A stretch of 64,000 nt of DNA. Origin: Podarcis gaigeae (Eukaryota). Where the stretch lies: assembly GCA_964106915.2 (NCBI GenBank), contig OZ066917.1; one strand, written 5' to 3'. The notes beneath the pieces were generated by a model that worked only from the letters and a program-made list of their open reading frames with translations, did not search any database and was not told the origin of the DNA. Below are positions 11,199 through 23,820 of the stretch, one piece after another; position 1 is the stretch's first letter, and the number at the start of each line of letters is the position of its first letter. Both the position numbers and the translations under genes were made by a program.

Positions 11199-11340
11199 AT
11201 GCTTCTTCCTGTGTAACAGAGGCCACCCTCTGATGTCCACCATGCAGTTGATGTGACATGGTTTCATGTGCTGGGTTTCATGTCATATCAACTGCACGGT
11301 AGACATCAGAGGGTGGCCTCTGTTGCACGAGAAGAAGCAT
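11199..11340. repeat. Foldback inverted repeat (about 62-bp arms)
   Basis: atgcttcttc...aacagaggccaccctctgatgt...tgcagttgatgtgacatg is the near-perfect reverse complement of 11279-11340. Confidence 0.9.
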
Positions 11341-12645
11341 CTCCCCAGGCAACACCTAAAGTGGAGTCTGGTTTCATTTCAATATATGAATCATACCCTA
11401 TCAGAACAATGGGTGTATTTGTCAGGAAAACGATGATACACCCATCATATGAGAGAAAATGGGAACGGGATCTCTCAAAATTAAATTTAATAGTCTCGCA
11501 AGCAAAATAGGAACAGATGTTTCAAAATGTCCTATCAGCATTATTAAGTGCAAATCTCAAAAGAAATTTTGTTCAAGGTCATATTTCAATGGTATCTAAC
11601 TCTGCATAGACTGAGCAAAATTTATAGTCAGTGCATGTACGGCTGGAGGTGTAAAAGAACAAAAGTAGATTTCATACATATCTCTTGGAGCTAGAGCAAA
11701 GAAAAACAATTTTAGTCCATAGATCTGAACACAATAAAGGAAATGACAGGATTTGCTTTAATCGGGAATCTCCGGTCCATGGCCCCAAATGTTGATCTTC
11801 AACAGATAGAGGAAAAACTCTGGTCACTCAGTTTTGGAAAAGTAAAAATCCTTTGGCAATGAATGATAGAATAGCTGGAGAAACCTGGAAGACTGTTTTG
11901 CTGATAAAACAAACATATAATAGGAAAGCAACATATATAAATTATCATAACAAATTTATTGGAAGATGGGTCATATTTATGGAATTTTGGAATGGCAAAG
12001 TAGTATATGATATCTCTCCTTAGGATACATGTACGTCTATTTAACTCTATCACAGCGTATTATTTTTACCAGTCCTGTAACCTCTTTGCCTTATTACTCT
12101 TTATTTCCTATTATTTCCTATTAATCATAAATTCAATAATAATACATATATTCAAACTAGAGAACAGTGTCCTCCGCGCCCAAGGGCCTTTCTTGGGCTA
12201 ATTGAGACAGCTTATGGAGGATGTTCTTCTCCAACTGCTTTTATTTGCCCTTTCACTCACAAAGTCATTTCAAGATTCATACTGATTTGCTTAATAAGGT
12301 TCTGCAGGAAGCCGTATTATATGGCGAGAGAGGGAGAGGTTACGAGCACACGCTCCCATTCTAAATGGGTTCCTTGGCATTTCCAATGTGTTGCTTTCTG
12401 TGCAAGTTCCCAACTCCCCCCCCCCCCCTTTAAAAAGCTTTTATCATTATGAAATATGTCTCTTTATTTATTTTGTCTCCCTGTCATCCCCACCCCAAGG
12501 GATTCATATGCAATATATTATTCATTGACATTATTGCATGCACAGTGGGCCCTAGCTAGCAAAGATGTAGCTAGTCTTGCAAATGATAAAAATGGTTTCG
12601 AATCTAGCAACTGATGGGGGCCACTTCTCTGCCTATTAAATATTA

Positions 12646-12898
12646 AAGGTAAAAAGGTAAAGGTACCCCTGCCCGTACGGGCCAGTCTTGACAGACTCTG
12701 GGGTTGTGCGCCCATCTCACTTAAGAGGCCAGGGGCCAGCGCTGTCCGGAGACACTTCCGGGTCACGTGGCCAGCGTGACAAAGCTGCATCTGGCGAGCC
12801 AGAGCTGCACACGGAAACGCCGTTTACCTTCCCGCTGGTAAGCGGTCCCTATTTATCTACTTGTACCCGGAGGTGCTTTCGAACTGCTAGGTTGGCAG
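12646..12898 (-). mobile_element. Sauria SINE, distinct subfamily, 5'-truncated
   Basis: (aaaggt)n tail; perfect 15-bp TSD gcctattaaatatta (12631-12645 / 12899-12913); CpG-rich, so probably young. Confidence 0.92.
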
Positions 12899-13616
12899 GC
12901 CTATTAAATATTACTTCGATTCAAAGAATAAAAAGTACTCCACCTCAAAGCTGAATATCTAAGTGTAACGCAAACACATTGAGTTGCAGCATTGGCTGAG
13001 CACTTGGTTCTGGGTTGGTACTTTAATGAGGGACTCTAACTTGCACTTGGCTAGCACTCTGCTTCTTTCAGATTGGAAAGAGCTAGTTTTCAATGGAAAT
13101 CAGGTGCCTTCATGCTGTTCTATCATTTGCAAACCTGCCAGACGATGCCATTAAAAGTCAGCAGGAATATAGCTCCCACTTCCATTCCCTTTGTTATTTT
13201 GCAGCAAGATTTTAAACAGAATGAGATCGTTGTATGCTAGGTTTTATGCAGTGTTAAAATTGAGGCGTAATATCATCCAGGATGCACACACAGGAAAAAT
13301 GCATGTGTTCAAATTTTGCACTAAACAGGAATCCTAAAAGGTCCAGACTTGGTGCTCAAATTGTAAAACTAAGAATATTTGCAAATGACTATCCATACAC
13401 ATTTTGAAATCAAGTGTTCCAATCAGTTTTAGGGTAGAATTCTGACAATAGCAGAAAGGAGAATGGACTAGGTCTCCACTTATTTGTCCCATGTCTGAAA
13501 CGGAAATCAATCTAGCGAATATGATTGGTCGTTATTGCTTTCAGCTTGCAAGAAATATGCAATTGATTACCTTTTATTTTCCCATCTGCATTGTACCAGT
13601 TCAATTAAGTTATGGA

Positions 13617-13683
13617 GTCATAAAATTGTAGAGCTGGAAGGGACCAGGAGGGTCACCTAGTCCAACCCCCTGCAATGCAGGGC
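13617..13683 (-). mobile_element. 3' fragment of the SINE family at 31141 (CR1-like tail)
   Basis: ctagtccaaccccctgcaatgcag is the reverse complement of ctgcattgcagggggttgaactag (one mismatch). Confidence 0.65.
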
Positions 13684-13689
13684 TATTTC

Positions 13690-14763
13690 ACATTACAAGT
13701 GTCATTGTATCCCTGCTAATGATTTTTATTGTTTACAGTAGTCTTTTAAGGATATTAACAATTTATTCCAGTCTTTTAAAAATACTTGATCTTCCTGGTT
13801 TCTGATATTTCCCATCAATCTCGCCATCTCTGCATACTCCATTAACTTAGTCTGCCATTCTTCTCTGGTCGGCATTTCTCCCTCCATCCATCTCTGGGCT
13901 AGAAGCATTCTCTTTTCTTTGCTTTTTAATAATATTTATTGAAGTTTCAAAAAATTACAAAAGTAAAGAAGAAAAAAATAAAAAAGAATAAAAACAGAAA
14001 ATAGAAACAATTAAAAAACAACAAGTTTATCTTTACATAACTTATCTTTCATTTGCTTGTTTCCTTGACCACCTCACACCTCCCTTTTTTGTATTCTAGT
14101 TCAATTAGCTATTTCAGCAAATCCTTTCCATCTTTGTTTTTGTCTTAATAATTTATCTTAATATAGTGTAACTTTACATTCTCACCAATTAACAATCCAT
14201 TTTTACTTAATCCTTTATAACATTACTGCTAAAACCACATAACTTCATTCCAGCATCCTTCTAACATTCCTTAATTTTCCAATGTTTCTGTAAATAAACT
14301 TTAAAATTCTTCCAATCTTCTTCCACCGACTCTTCTCCCTGGTCTCGGATTCTGCCAGTCATTTCTGCCAGTTCCATATAATCCATCACCTTCATCTGCC
14401 ATTCTTCCCAGGTGGGTAGATCTTGTGTCTTCCAGTACTTTGCAATAAGTATTCTTGCTGCTGTTGTAGCATACTGGGCTAGAAGCATTCTCGCTGCCGT
14501 CATTGCGTACATGAAAAGTATTTTATCGTCTTTTGGTATCTCTTCACCTATTATACCGAACAGAAAATCTTCTGGTTTTTAAACAAAAGTTTTCTTAAAC
14601 ATTTTCTTTAACTCATTATATATCCATTTCCCAGAAACCTTTTACCACTCCGCATATGGTAGAAGGTACCCTCTTTCCCTTTACAATTCCAACACAGATT
14701 TGAACTAGCTCTATACATTTTCGCAGTTTTATTCAGTGTTAGATACCAATGGTACATAATTTC
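13690..14763 (-). mobile_element. L1-clade LINE ORF2 C-terminal fragment (host; about 13690-13912 plus 14474-14763)
   Basis: Minus strand encodes WYLT..KTAKMY....LCWNCKGKEGTFYHM (zinc-knuckle region) ... YAMTAARMLLAQRWMEGEMPTREEWQTKLMEYAEMARL. Confidence 0.88.
13913..14473 (-). mobile_element. L1-clade LINE 3' end inserted in another L1
   Basis: YATTAARILIAKYWKTQDLPTWEEWQMKVMDYMELAEMT...*, 3' UTR and A-rich tail; perfect 19-bp TSD ctgggctagaagcattctc (13894-13912 / 14474-14492). Confidence 0.92.
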
Positions 14764-15891
14764 CGGGAGGGATTAATGTTCATCTGCATCAGAGCACTGG
14801 GCTATGTTGACCCCAGTGCTGGGCAGCATTCAAAAAATGCAAGCATGAGTACAATAATTTCTGCTTCTGTAATGGGACTTTCTCCTCTCTCCTTCCGCCA
14901 TGTTCAGCCATGGCCATCACAAAACCTCTCCAGAGGGTTAGGGGAAATGCCTAGAACATCCTTAGGGGCCGTGAGGGGGATGGTGAGAGAGAGAATGTTC
15001 CATTGCACAAGCAGAAATTCTGGTGATAATGTAACACTCATATAGCACTACATTGGATACAGCCTTGAATCTACTTTCTTTATCTTTCCTGTTGCTGCCA
15101 CCCAAATTAATATGGTCTTGGAGGCTCAGAAAAATTGCCTTGTTGAGTGGGGGGGGGGGGAGAGAAATCAGGCTCCTGAACTGGGGTTTCGCCACTCCTG
15201 ATATACAATCACACACAGCCTGGCACCAAACGAGTTTTTCCTTTTTCTATCCAGTTCATTTTCCATACCCATTTTCTTTAGGGTTCTTTTTTGTTGATTC
15301 CCACCCCCCAATCTTCCATTTTAAAGGAGTGCTTCCACTGAACCCATTGATGTGGACCCATTTGTAATAAAGACTGCTATCTTTACTTTGGTCTCAGCAA
15401 TGAATCCACGAAGAGCACTGCCAATTATCTATAAAAGTCGGTTATCCTTAAGTGGGAATATCTTTCTGAGGGCAGGCTGGAAGCTGGAAGTAGGTAATTG
15501 CCTTGGAAATTGCATCGCATACGAGAAGGGATGTATGCTGCTGCATTGTGAGAGGTAGGCCAATGCTTCTCATTATGACCTGGTATGTAAAATCATGTGC
15601 AGCAAAGAGGAGAGCCCATTTTAAAAAAAGAATTTCCTCTTTCCCTATACTGTATATCCCTTTTGTTCCTAAATCTAAAAAAAAGTCCATAGGGGCATAC
15701 TCGTTTTACTGTTAAATGACAATACTTTTCTGCCAAGTTCAAACATCAACTTGTCCTTCAGTTACAGTCAAGTGTCTCAGAAATCCATGCCTATTATAGA
15801 TATATAATGTCAGGGATAGTTCTCCAAATTTTAATGTATTTTTTTTAAAAAAAAATCTGTTAATTTGTTCCTGCTTCTTGCTCTGCTTCTA

Positions 15892-16133
15892 CAGTGGTAC
15901 CTCAGGTTACATACGCTTCAGGTTACATATGCTTCAGGTTACAGACTCTGCTAACCCAGAAATAGTGCTTCAGGTTAAGAACTTTGCTTCAGGATGAGAA
16001 CAGAAATCGTGCTCTGATGGCACGGCGGCAGCAGGAGGCCCCATTAGCTAAAGTGGTGCTTCAGGTTAAGAACAGTTTCAGGTTAAGAACGGACCTCCAG
16101 AATGAATTAAGTACTTAACCCGAGGTACCAATG
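15892..16133. mobile_element. Tc1/mariner-pogo (Tigger-like) MITE
   Basis: TA|cagtggtacctcaggtta ... taacccgaggtaccaatg|TA; internal cttcaggtta repeats; second copy at 63690. Confidence 0.9.
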
Positions 16134-16206
16134 TATAAATCTAGGGTCAAACACGTGGTTTGCTTTGCAGAACGTTCCAGGCCCATATGTTAATAACAGT
16201 ACACGC

Positions 16207-16563
16207 GAAACTTATGGAATATGCAGAACTGGCAAAACTAACAGATAATCTACATGAAAAGGACAACAAGGAGTTTAAAAGAGAATGGGAACCATTTACA
16301 ACATATATGGAGGCAACATAAAGAAATGGACTCATTGGCAGGGTTTGAGTAAACAATCACAACTGTATACAACAAAAAATAAGACTAAATGTATTGGGGG
16401 AAATTTGGGGAAACAATACGCAGGATGAACAATATGGAAATAAAACAAAACGGGAGTATGAGGGAAGTCCAGGGGAGGAGGGTGGGCAATATGAAAAATT
16501 GTTAAAGATATATCATTAGAAGAAGTATACATGGAAAAATCAATAAAAATATTTTTAAAATAA
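16207..16563 (+). mobile_element. L1-clade LINE 3' end
   Basis: KLMEYAELAKLT...EFKREWEPF, aataaa and A-rich tail; TSD taataacagtacacgc / taataacagtacatgc (16191-16206 / 16564-16579). Confidence 0.88.
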
Positions 16564-16812
16564 TAATAACAGTACATGCTATAAGGTCAGAGGAATGGGG
16601 AATGACTCAGCTTCCATCATTAGCACTGTGGAAATGGAAATTATGGGATATTACGTGCTGTAAATGCCAGTGGGCAGGATAATCTCAGACTACAAATACT
16701 TCTAGAGAGAATTAGGCTCTTTATTTCCGACTCTGGTCAGAACTGGTCATTCATGACGTTTCAGCAAAATCTTAGCAACCTTTATTCAAGGAGTGGACAT
16801 AAAAATTGCCAT

Positions 16813-17229
16813 TAGGGATGGATGGAGCAGGGGAGATTAGATTTAGTTTCCATTTAAAGCTGAACCTACCTGATTCTCACTTTCAGAAACTATACGAGAA
16901 TTGAAACACAGCCACCGTTCAAAATCCCCACGTCTTCAAATTTTGTAGCAAAGCTCTCCGGCTAAATAATATGTACTGAAATGCATGTATGCTGAAACAA
17001 AGTATGCACAAAAATTCACACATTGGTGACAATACAGTGCATTATATTAGGGGAAATTGCTTTGAAAATGTGCATATTAGGCCAAAATGTATATATGTAT
17101 TAGGAGAAATTCACACAAACATGCAGATGATTTTTCATAAAGACTTAAATTAGGTTTTTATCACAAATCGATATATAAAAGTGAAGAACCCAGGAAAAAT
17201 GAGAGAAAATGAAGATTTGCCCATCCATA
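16813..17229. mobile_element. hAT-like non-autonomous element, degenerate
   Basis: Termini tagggatgg ... cccatccata; AT-rich interior. Confidence 0.5.
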
Positions 17230-18070
17230 GTTACTGAAACACCATCAAATTGGCTATGAGAAATGGGCTAGTTTTCCAACCTCTTAATTTTTGGGGGCTG
17301 TTTTGCTCTTACATAGATTCGAGCATTAAAATTTTTATTTGGTTTCTGAGTACTCCTTGCCATATATTATATATGCAAATATCTATCTTTCTTTTTTAAT
17401 GCCTGAGGCAAGTAATTGTAAAATGCATGCTGTGATCCTTAGGTGCTTTTTGGAATAGGTCTGCAGAGACGCGTGTAAGAACCATCTGCCATCTAACATT
17501 TTGTCCTATACCAATATGTACATTTTCGTTTACAAGATAAAGATATGAATTCAAAAAGCCCATATGACTCAGAAGCCCATTATTTATTCCTGTTTCTCCA
17601 CTACCCTTTACAACCTTGACTAATATGAAACATAATTGCACACCAATTATTCTGGCTCCCTTGATGTCGTAACTTATTTCTGCAATCTATTTTTAAAAAA
17701 AAACAACTGTGATCAAATCTAACGAAATGTATTTCTTTTTTTAAAAAAACCCTCCCATATTTCAATTATTTCCTGTACTAAATGGTGCAATTTGGTGTAA
17801 ATGTAAACATTGATAAGCGAGATGGGATTTGCAAAGGATGTTTCTCTGGGCTTGTTGCCTTGGTGATTTGGTGCCCCAAACAACAAACCTCAGCTTTTCC
17901 AAAGAGTACTTTTTCCAAAGATCTGGGCTTTCTTCTTTTTGGAGTTCTTAGGAAAGGGGAAGTTGTGACACAGAAATGATGGAGCTTATAGTTCAAAGCA
18001 CCAAGCTGGTGGCATCTGAGCTACTGTGCTGCTGAGCTACTGCCTTATGAAATGCTTGTGAAAGTGAGAC

Positions 18071-18390
18071 GAAGAACAAGAAGAAGAAGAAGAAGAAGAA
18101 GAAGAAGAAGAAGAAGAAGAAGAAGAAGAAGAAGAGTAGTAGTAGTAGTAGTAGTAGTTTGGATTTGATATCCCGCTTAATCACTACCCGAAGGAGTCTC
18201 AAAGTGGCTAACATTCTCCTTTCCCTTCCCCCCCCACAACAAACACTCTGTGAGGTGAGTGGGGCTGAGAGACCTCAGAGAAGTGTGACTAGCCCAAGGT
18301 CACCCAGCAGCTGCATGTGGAGGAGCAGGGAATTGAACCTGGTTCCCCAGATTACGAGACTACCGCTCTTAACCACTACACCACACTGGC
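18071..18390 (-). mobile_element. Squam2-like tRNA-derived SINE with (AAG)n(AGT)n microsatellite tail
   Basis: Minus-strand head ccagtgtggtgtagtggttaagagcggtag...ggttcaattccc (A/B boxes); compound microsatellite at 18071-18157. Confidence 0.85.
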
Positions 18391-19922
18391 ATGAGGACAT
18401 GAGGACATGAGAGATAAGTAGTAGGCGTTGTAGATGAAAGTCAACTTGATTCAATCTGTCTGTGGCACTAAATGAGCTGAATGTGAATTTTACTTGATAA
18501 CATCACAGTAAATTGGAGGGACGTAATTTCCCACCCAACTCAAGGCTCGCCAATCAGACTTAATCTTTTAGACATGATGGCAAAGCACTACCCAAGTGTC
18601 TTTTTCGGAATTCCTGCCTCCGAAAAGCATTTAAAAATGGAAAGAAAAGAGTGTGTGTTGATTATGAAGTCAGTTCCATTGTTTCAGTTACTGAAATAGA
18701 GCTGGCTCCCAATCAGTCCCATTCATTCAATAAATTGTTCTGAGGAACAATTATGCATTATTACAGTCAGTGTCTGGTAATGCCATTCAGGAAAGAGTCT
18801 AGCATGGTTCAGATTTCCCCTGCATATCAAGTGAAGATTCTCATAGCATAGTTGTGTATTCTGAAAAGAGTTGGAGTTTGGAGCCAAAGTATGTGATTGA
18901 TAATTCTGTTTTCTTGTCTCATTTTTATTTTTCTGGACCAGTATTGCTAGCTAAATCCTTCAGGGATAATGCTATATAAACTTTATTAATGGCTCTGATT
19001 CACACAGAGCACTCACTACGCATGCTGAAATGTTGAATGCAATTTCTCCCACCAACATTTCCCTGTCTATATAGAACTTTTCTAATGCTTTGGAGACAAA
19101 ATGTGCTTAGATGGTTTTCAGATAGGTATTACAAATGAAATTTCAGATGCTGCACACTACAGCAGCTGTATAACACCAACAAGCCTTCTTTCTACCATTT
19201 TTCAGAGAGGAACATTAATCCCAAGCCCCCTTATTCAAGGTTGAGCTGGCCTCTCACCAGCCACTGAAGGTATGAGTGGGTGGGAAGAAGAGTGGTGAGA
19301 TCCCAACTTGTGGAGTCCAAAGGAAAGACCCAAAATAGGGTATTCTGAGGGTGGGTTAGGGGCTAGTTTGGGATCCCAATCCAGCATCACAGCCATTCAC
19401 AGCTGACATTGGGCCCAGTTTGGTCCTGATAGTCTTTTGGCAGGCATAATATCCCAAGTTTTCTTCCAAATGCATATTCAGTGAAGATGGACTATTTCCT
19501 TATTGGTAATCCACTCCTGAGGGCTGCAAATCTTCCAGAACAGTGTGATGGGCACTGTGGAGCACTGCAGCAGGAAGGAAGAGTCACTTGTGTGAGTGAG
19601 TGCAGTTCTGCTCACACAACTACACTGTTGGATCAAAGGCAGTGCTTCATGGAGGTTGAACTAGGAATGGCTTGTGAGGAGGGAGAACAACGTGCACCTG
19701 GACTCCTGGCAGGACTGTTGCTTCCACTTACCAGAAGGAAGAGTAGGAAGGGAGAGGCGATGGGGATGTTGAACATGAAACCAATCCAGTGCTCTCACAA
19801 GGGTGCCCATACAATGCTAACCTCCCCACCACTTCAACAACACACTTACCTTCAGCAAGCAGCAGTGAAACTGATGCTGGGAGGCCAGTTATGTGCTACC
19901 ACCCCTCCCTGGCAGTCACTCC

Positions 19923-20185
19923 AATAATAATAATAATAATTAATAATAATAATAATAATTATCAGAAAACTGGGCTCAGGGCGGCTAACAACAAATTTAA
20001 AACACTTAATTGGTGCAACAAAAACAGCATAAAATACAGTATAAAACATTTGGGGGGAAATCCATCCTATAAACATTATATGATCACCAGGGCTAGCTGG
20101 CTAAATTAGTCCTATTTAGGCAACGGAGGAGACCAGGGGAGAATTAGCTGTGGGATCCCAGAGCGGGTAATCTTCATAAAAAGGG
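19923..20185 (-). mobile_element. Probable L2-type 3' UTR with (AAT)n tail
   Basis: (aat)n at 19923-19958 followed by ctcagggcggctaacaac, typical of L2-like tails. Confidence 0.5.
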
Positions 20186-22789
20186 CATTATACAATAATC
20201 TAGTATATGCTAAATATTATCAAGGTTCCAACCCCCCAACCCCCATGGAGAGAAGTCACCTATCTGCCCAACTTATCCACTTCTACAGAGTATCACAAAA
20301 ACAAGGAAATCAAAGCAATCTTGGTTGCTTCAATTGAAGAAAGAGAATAAAGAGACTCTGTTTTCAATAGTTTCTATAGAGACAGAAAGCTCATAGATTC
20401 CTTGTTGTAGCTATAAATAGCTTGAGAGTACGGCACAGAAATGGAGTTCAGCTGTAGCTTCTACCTTTGGGTAAAATAGGTTATACTCTTGAGGAGGGAA
20501 GGACAAAATTATATGCTACATTATTATTGTCACTAATAATAAATAAGATCCACGCTTACAAAGGGGCAAATATTCTATGAAGACTTGATTTATTAATCAA
20601 TGCATGGCTTTCTGTAGTTGCTACTAATAGATCTTAGTAGCAGCTATAATATGCCATAATATGTGCATTATAGCGCAAATTGTCTGTGCTCATATTGCAG
20701 GTTTAACCCGTGAAGCTCATATAGAAATAAGTACCCTGAACACTGATAAATAATTTCATGTAACATTTCACCTCACGCTGCAATTTAAGTTCTATGTGAA
20801 TCTACCCTATTTCAATTTCATATAAAATGTACTACCTATAATATGGCAACACAACTTCATTGAGACGTGTTTTCTTTGCAAATATGGATGTCAGGCAACT
20901 TTAATGAAGAGCTCTTGCAACTGGCTTAGGGGTTGAGAAAATGCCATGGCTTCAAATTAGCATCGGTAAAGCAAACAATAAAACTGATTGGATACCAGGA
21001 GATCCATCATGCTGAGCCTCCGGAAATTTCAGATGAGCAAGCAGTTCTTCACAGAGTACTCAGCTCACAGCATTTATCAGACCTTTGTTGTACTGCTTTC
21101 TGCCTTTTTAATTTGTTATGTTTGCTTGTTTATTCAAGATTTTCATATCCTGCCCTTCAGCCTCATATCCTGCCATTTCTTAGGGTAGTTATGGCCATGC
21201 CTTCCTCAGGATTGGAGTACCGAAGGGCTGCTAAGTAAGAACTCAGAGCTCACCCAACTGGCCATCCACCAGGAATGCATCACAAATACTATGGATGTGT
21301 AATGACAACAGTATTTGCCTTGTGCCAGCATCTGGAATGTTTGGAAGCAGTTCATTCTGTTTAGAATCCACTCTGCCTTGTTCCAATTCGTTTTGTTATT
21401 CAGTTCCAGATGTGATCGGTTAAACCTGAAGCTTTCCCATTGAGTATAATGGGGAATTTTAAAATGGCTATAACTTCCCCCCCCCCTTATTTACATGAGG
21501 AGATGAAATTTGCATAAAGAGAAAAGAGTGAACAACATAGTTTTTTAGTTGTTTGTTAGGAAAAAGGACAGTTGAGAAAGAGGCAGGCCACCCTAACAGT
21601 CTATCTCTACTATTTATGCCTCACACTCACAGCCAAAACTCAGAGGAGAATGACAACCCATGTGAAAAACAACTCTGCTTATTCTTTCCACCCCAAATCC
21701 ATGTGATTGGTGCACACTTGAATGTTGTTGGGTTTTTTTTAACTGTGATTAAAAGTTAGACTTGCCTGTAAAATGAATGATTCTCTACTCCCTCCCCTCT
21801 TGTCTTCACTCCTCCCATCTCAAGCTCTAGGCATTGCCCCAGTCATCTGGGTTTTGTTTCTCAAAAACGCAAAAGGGATTAAAACCAACCATACACACAA
21901 CTTTTTAAGAAAAAGTGAGGGAACAGAGCTTCTCAGAAGGTTAGGGACACCTCGATCTGCCTCAACATACCTTGTTAACTACATACACAGCCCAACAAGA
22001 CAACAACAAGAATCCCCCAACAGCATACAAATCAATCTGGCTAACCCAGGCTTCCTCAAACTCGGCCCTCCAGATGTTTTGAGACTACAATTCCCATCAT
22101 CTCTGTGCACACAGAATAGATGCACATCCCTAACAAATACCCACTTTAAAATAACAGTCAATTATGAAATCACTCAGGACTTACTTTTCTGTTGAAATAA
22201 GCAATACAGTATTTTATCACTGATACATACGGATTTGTGAATAACATAAAGCATTTGCACGTTAATTATTTTATATTTTTCAATGATCTTCCCAGCAGCT
22301 GCATGGTTGCCTTTGCTGGAAATCTAGATAGAATAAGTGCTGTGTTTGCTAATGCTCCAACGAACCATTTCAGCCGGAAAGTAATGCTGACAATAAAATG
22401 AATGGTAAAAATAATAATTTCACAGAACCATAATCTTACTGATAAAGTGTCACACATTTTGCATTTCATCAAGGAACTAAATTCTGGGCAGTGTACAGTT
22501 TAAAATGTTACTTCATCTGGACCTCCAAATGAGCAATCGTTGCTGCTGTTCCAATTCATTTGCATGTCATTTGTTCCATATATTGATTGTTTTCCTATTA
22601 GAATATTAAAATATAACAACAATATGCTACACCACAGTGTCCATATGTTTACAATTCCAATATGGCTAAAAGGAATCTATTTCGATTCAAAACTAGTCTT
22701 TCTTCAGAAGTCCTTTTTGGCACTGGGCTGATAGCAGCCACACAGCCAGAAAAAGAAGAAGCAGGGAATATTGTTGCTGCCAGGACAAA

Positions 22790-23820
22790 GTCTCAGAACC
22801 TGGGTAGGTTTGTAGGAGGAAATACAGGATTTCACATAACTTGAACCTAACCCACAGAGGGCTTTATAAGTCATAACCAGCACTTTGAATTATGCCCAGA
22901 AGCAGACTGATGGCCAAGTGGAATTGTTACAACAAGGGAGTTGTGTGCTCCTTAAAACCAGCCCCAGTCAACAATCTGGCTGCAACTCTCTGAGCCAGCT
23001 GAAGATTTTGAGCTCTTTTCAAAGCCAGACCCATGTAAAGCATGTTTGTTGTTGTTGTTGTTTAGTCGTTAAGTCGTGTCCGACTCTTTGTGACCCCATG
23101 GACCAGAGCACGCCAGGCACTTCCGTCTTCCACTGCCTCCCGCAGTTTGGTCAAACTCGTGCTGGTAGCTTCAACAACACTGTCCAACCATCTTGTCCTC
23201 TGTCATCCCCTTCTCCTTGTGCCCTCCATCTTTCCCAACATCAGGGTCTTTTCCAGGGAGTCTTCTCTTCTCATGAGGTGGCCAAAGTATTAGAGCCTCA
23301 GCTTCACAATCTGTCCTTCCAGTGAGCAATCGGGGCCGATTTCCTTCAGAATGGATAGGTTTGATCTTCTTGCAGTACATGGGACTCTCAAGAGTCTCTT
23401 CCGGCACCATAATTCAAAAGCATCAATTCTTCGGCAATCAGCCTTCTTTATGGTCCAGCTCTCACTTCCATACATCACTACTGGGAAAACCATAGCTTTT
23501 ACTATACGGACCTTTGTTGGCAAGGTGATGTCTCTACTTTTTAAGATGCTGTTACAGTAATCCAAACAGGATGTAACTAAGGTACGTGTCACTGTGGCCA
23601 AACCAGACATCTCAAGGAACGGGCACTAGCTGGTGCACTAGCTTTAACAGTGCAAATGCACACCTGGCCATGATCAGGCATCCATGCTCAGGGCTGAGCG
23701 CAGGAGCACACCCAAACTGTGAACCTGTGTCCTCAGCAGCAGTGTTACCCCATCCATCACAGGCAGAATCCCAGTTCCCTTTTCTGCCTTCTGACTGACC
23801 AAGAGCACCTCTGTCTTGTC
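22790..23820 (-). mobile_element. L2-clade LINE fragment (host; interrupted at 23045-23552)
   Basis: Minus strand DKTEVL (23820-23803) ... LATVTRTLVTSCLDYCN | continuing atgctttacatggg on the far side of the Bov-B. Confidence 0.82.
23045..23552 (-). mobile_element. Bov-B LINE, 5'-truncated
   Basis: SILKSRDITLPTKVRIVKAMVFPVVMYGSESWTIKK...; (ttg)n tail at left; closely similar to the reverse complement of 689-1153. Confidence 0.95.
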
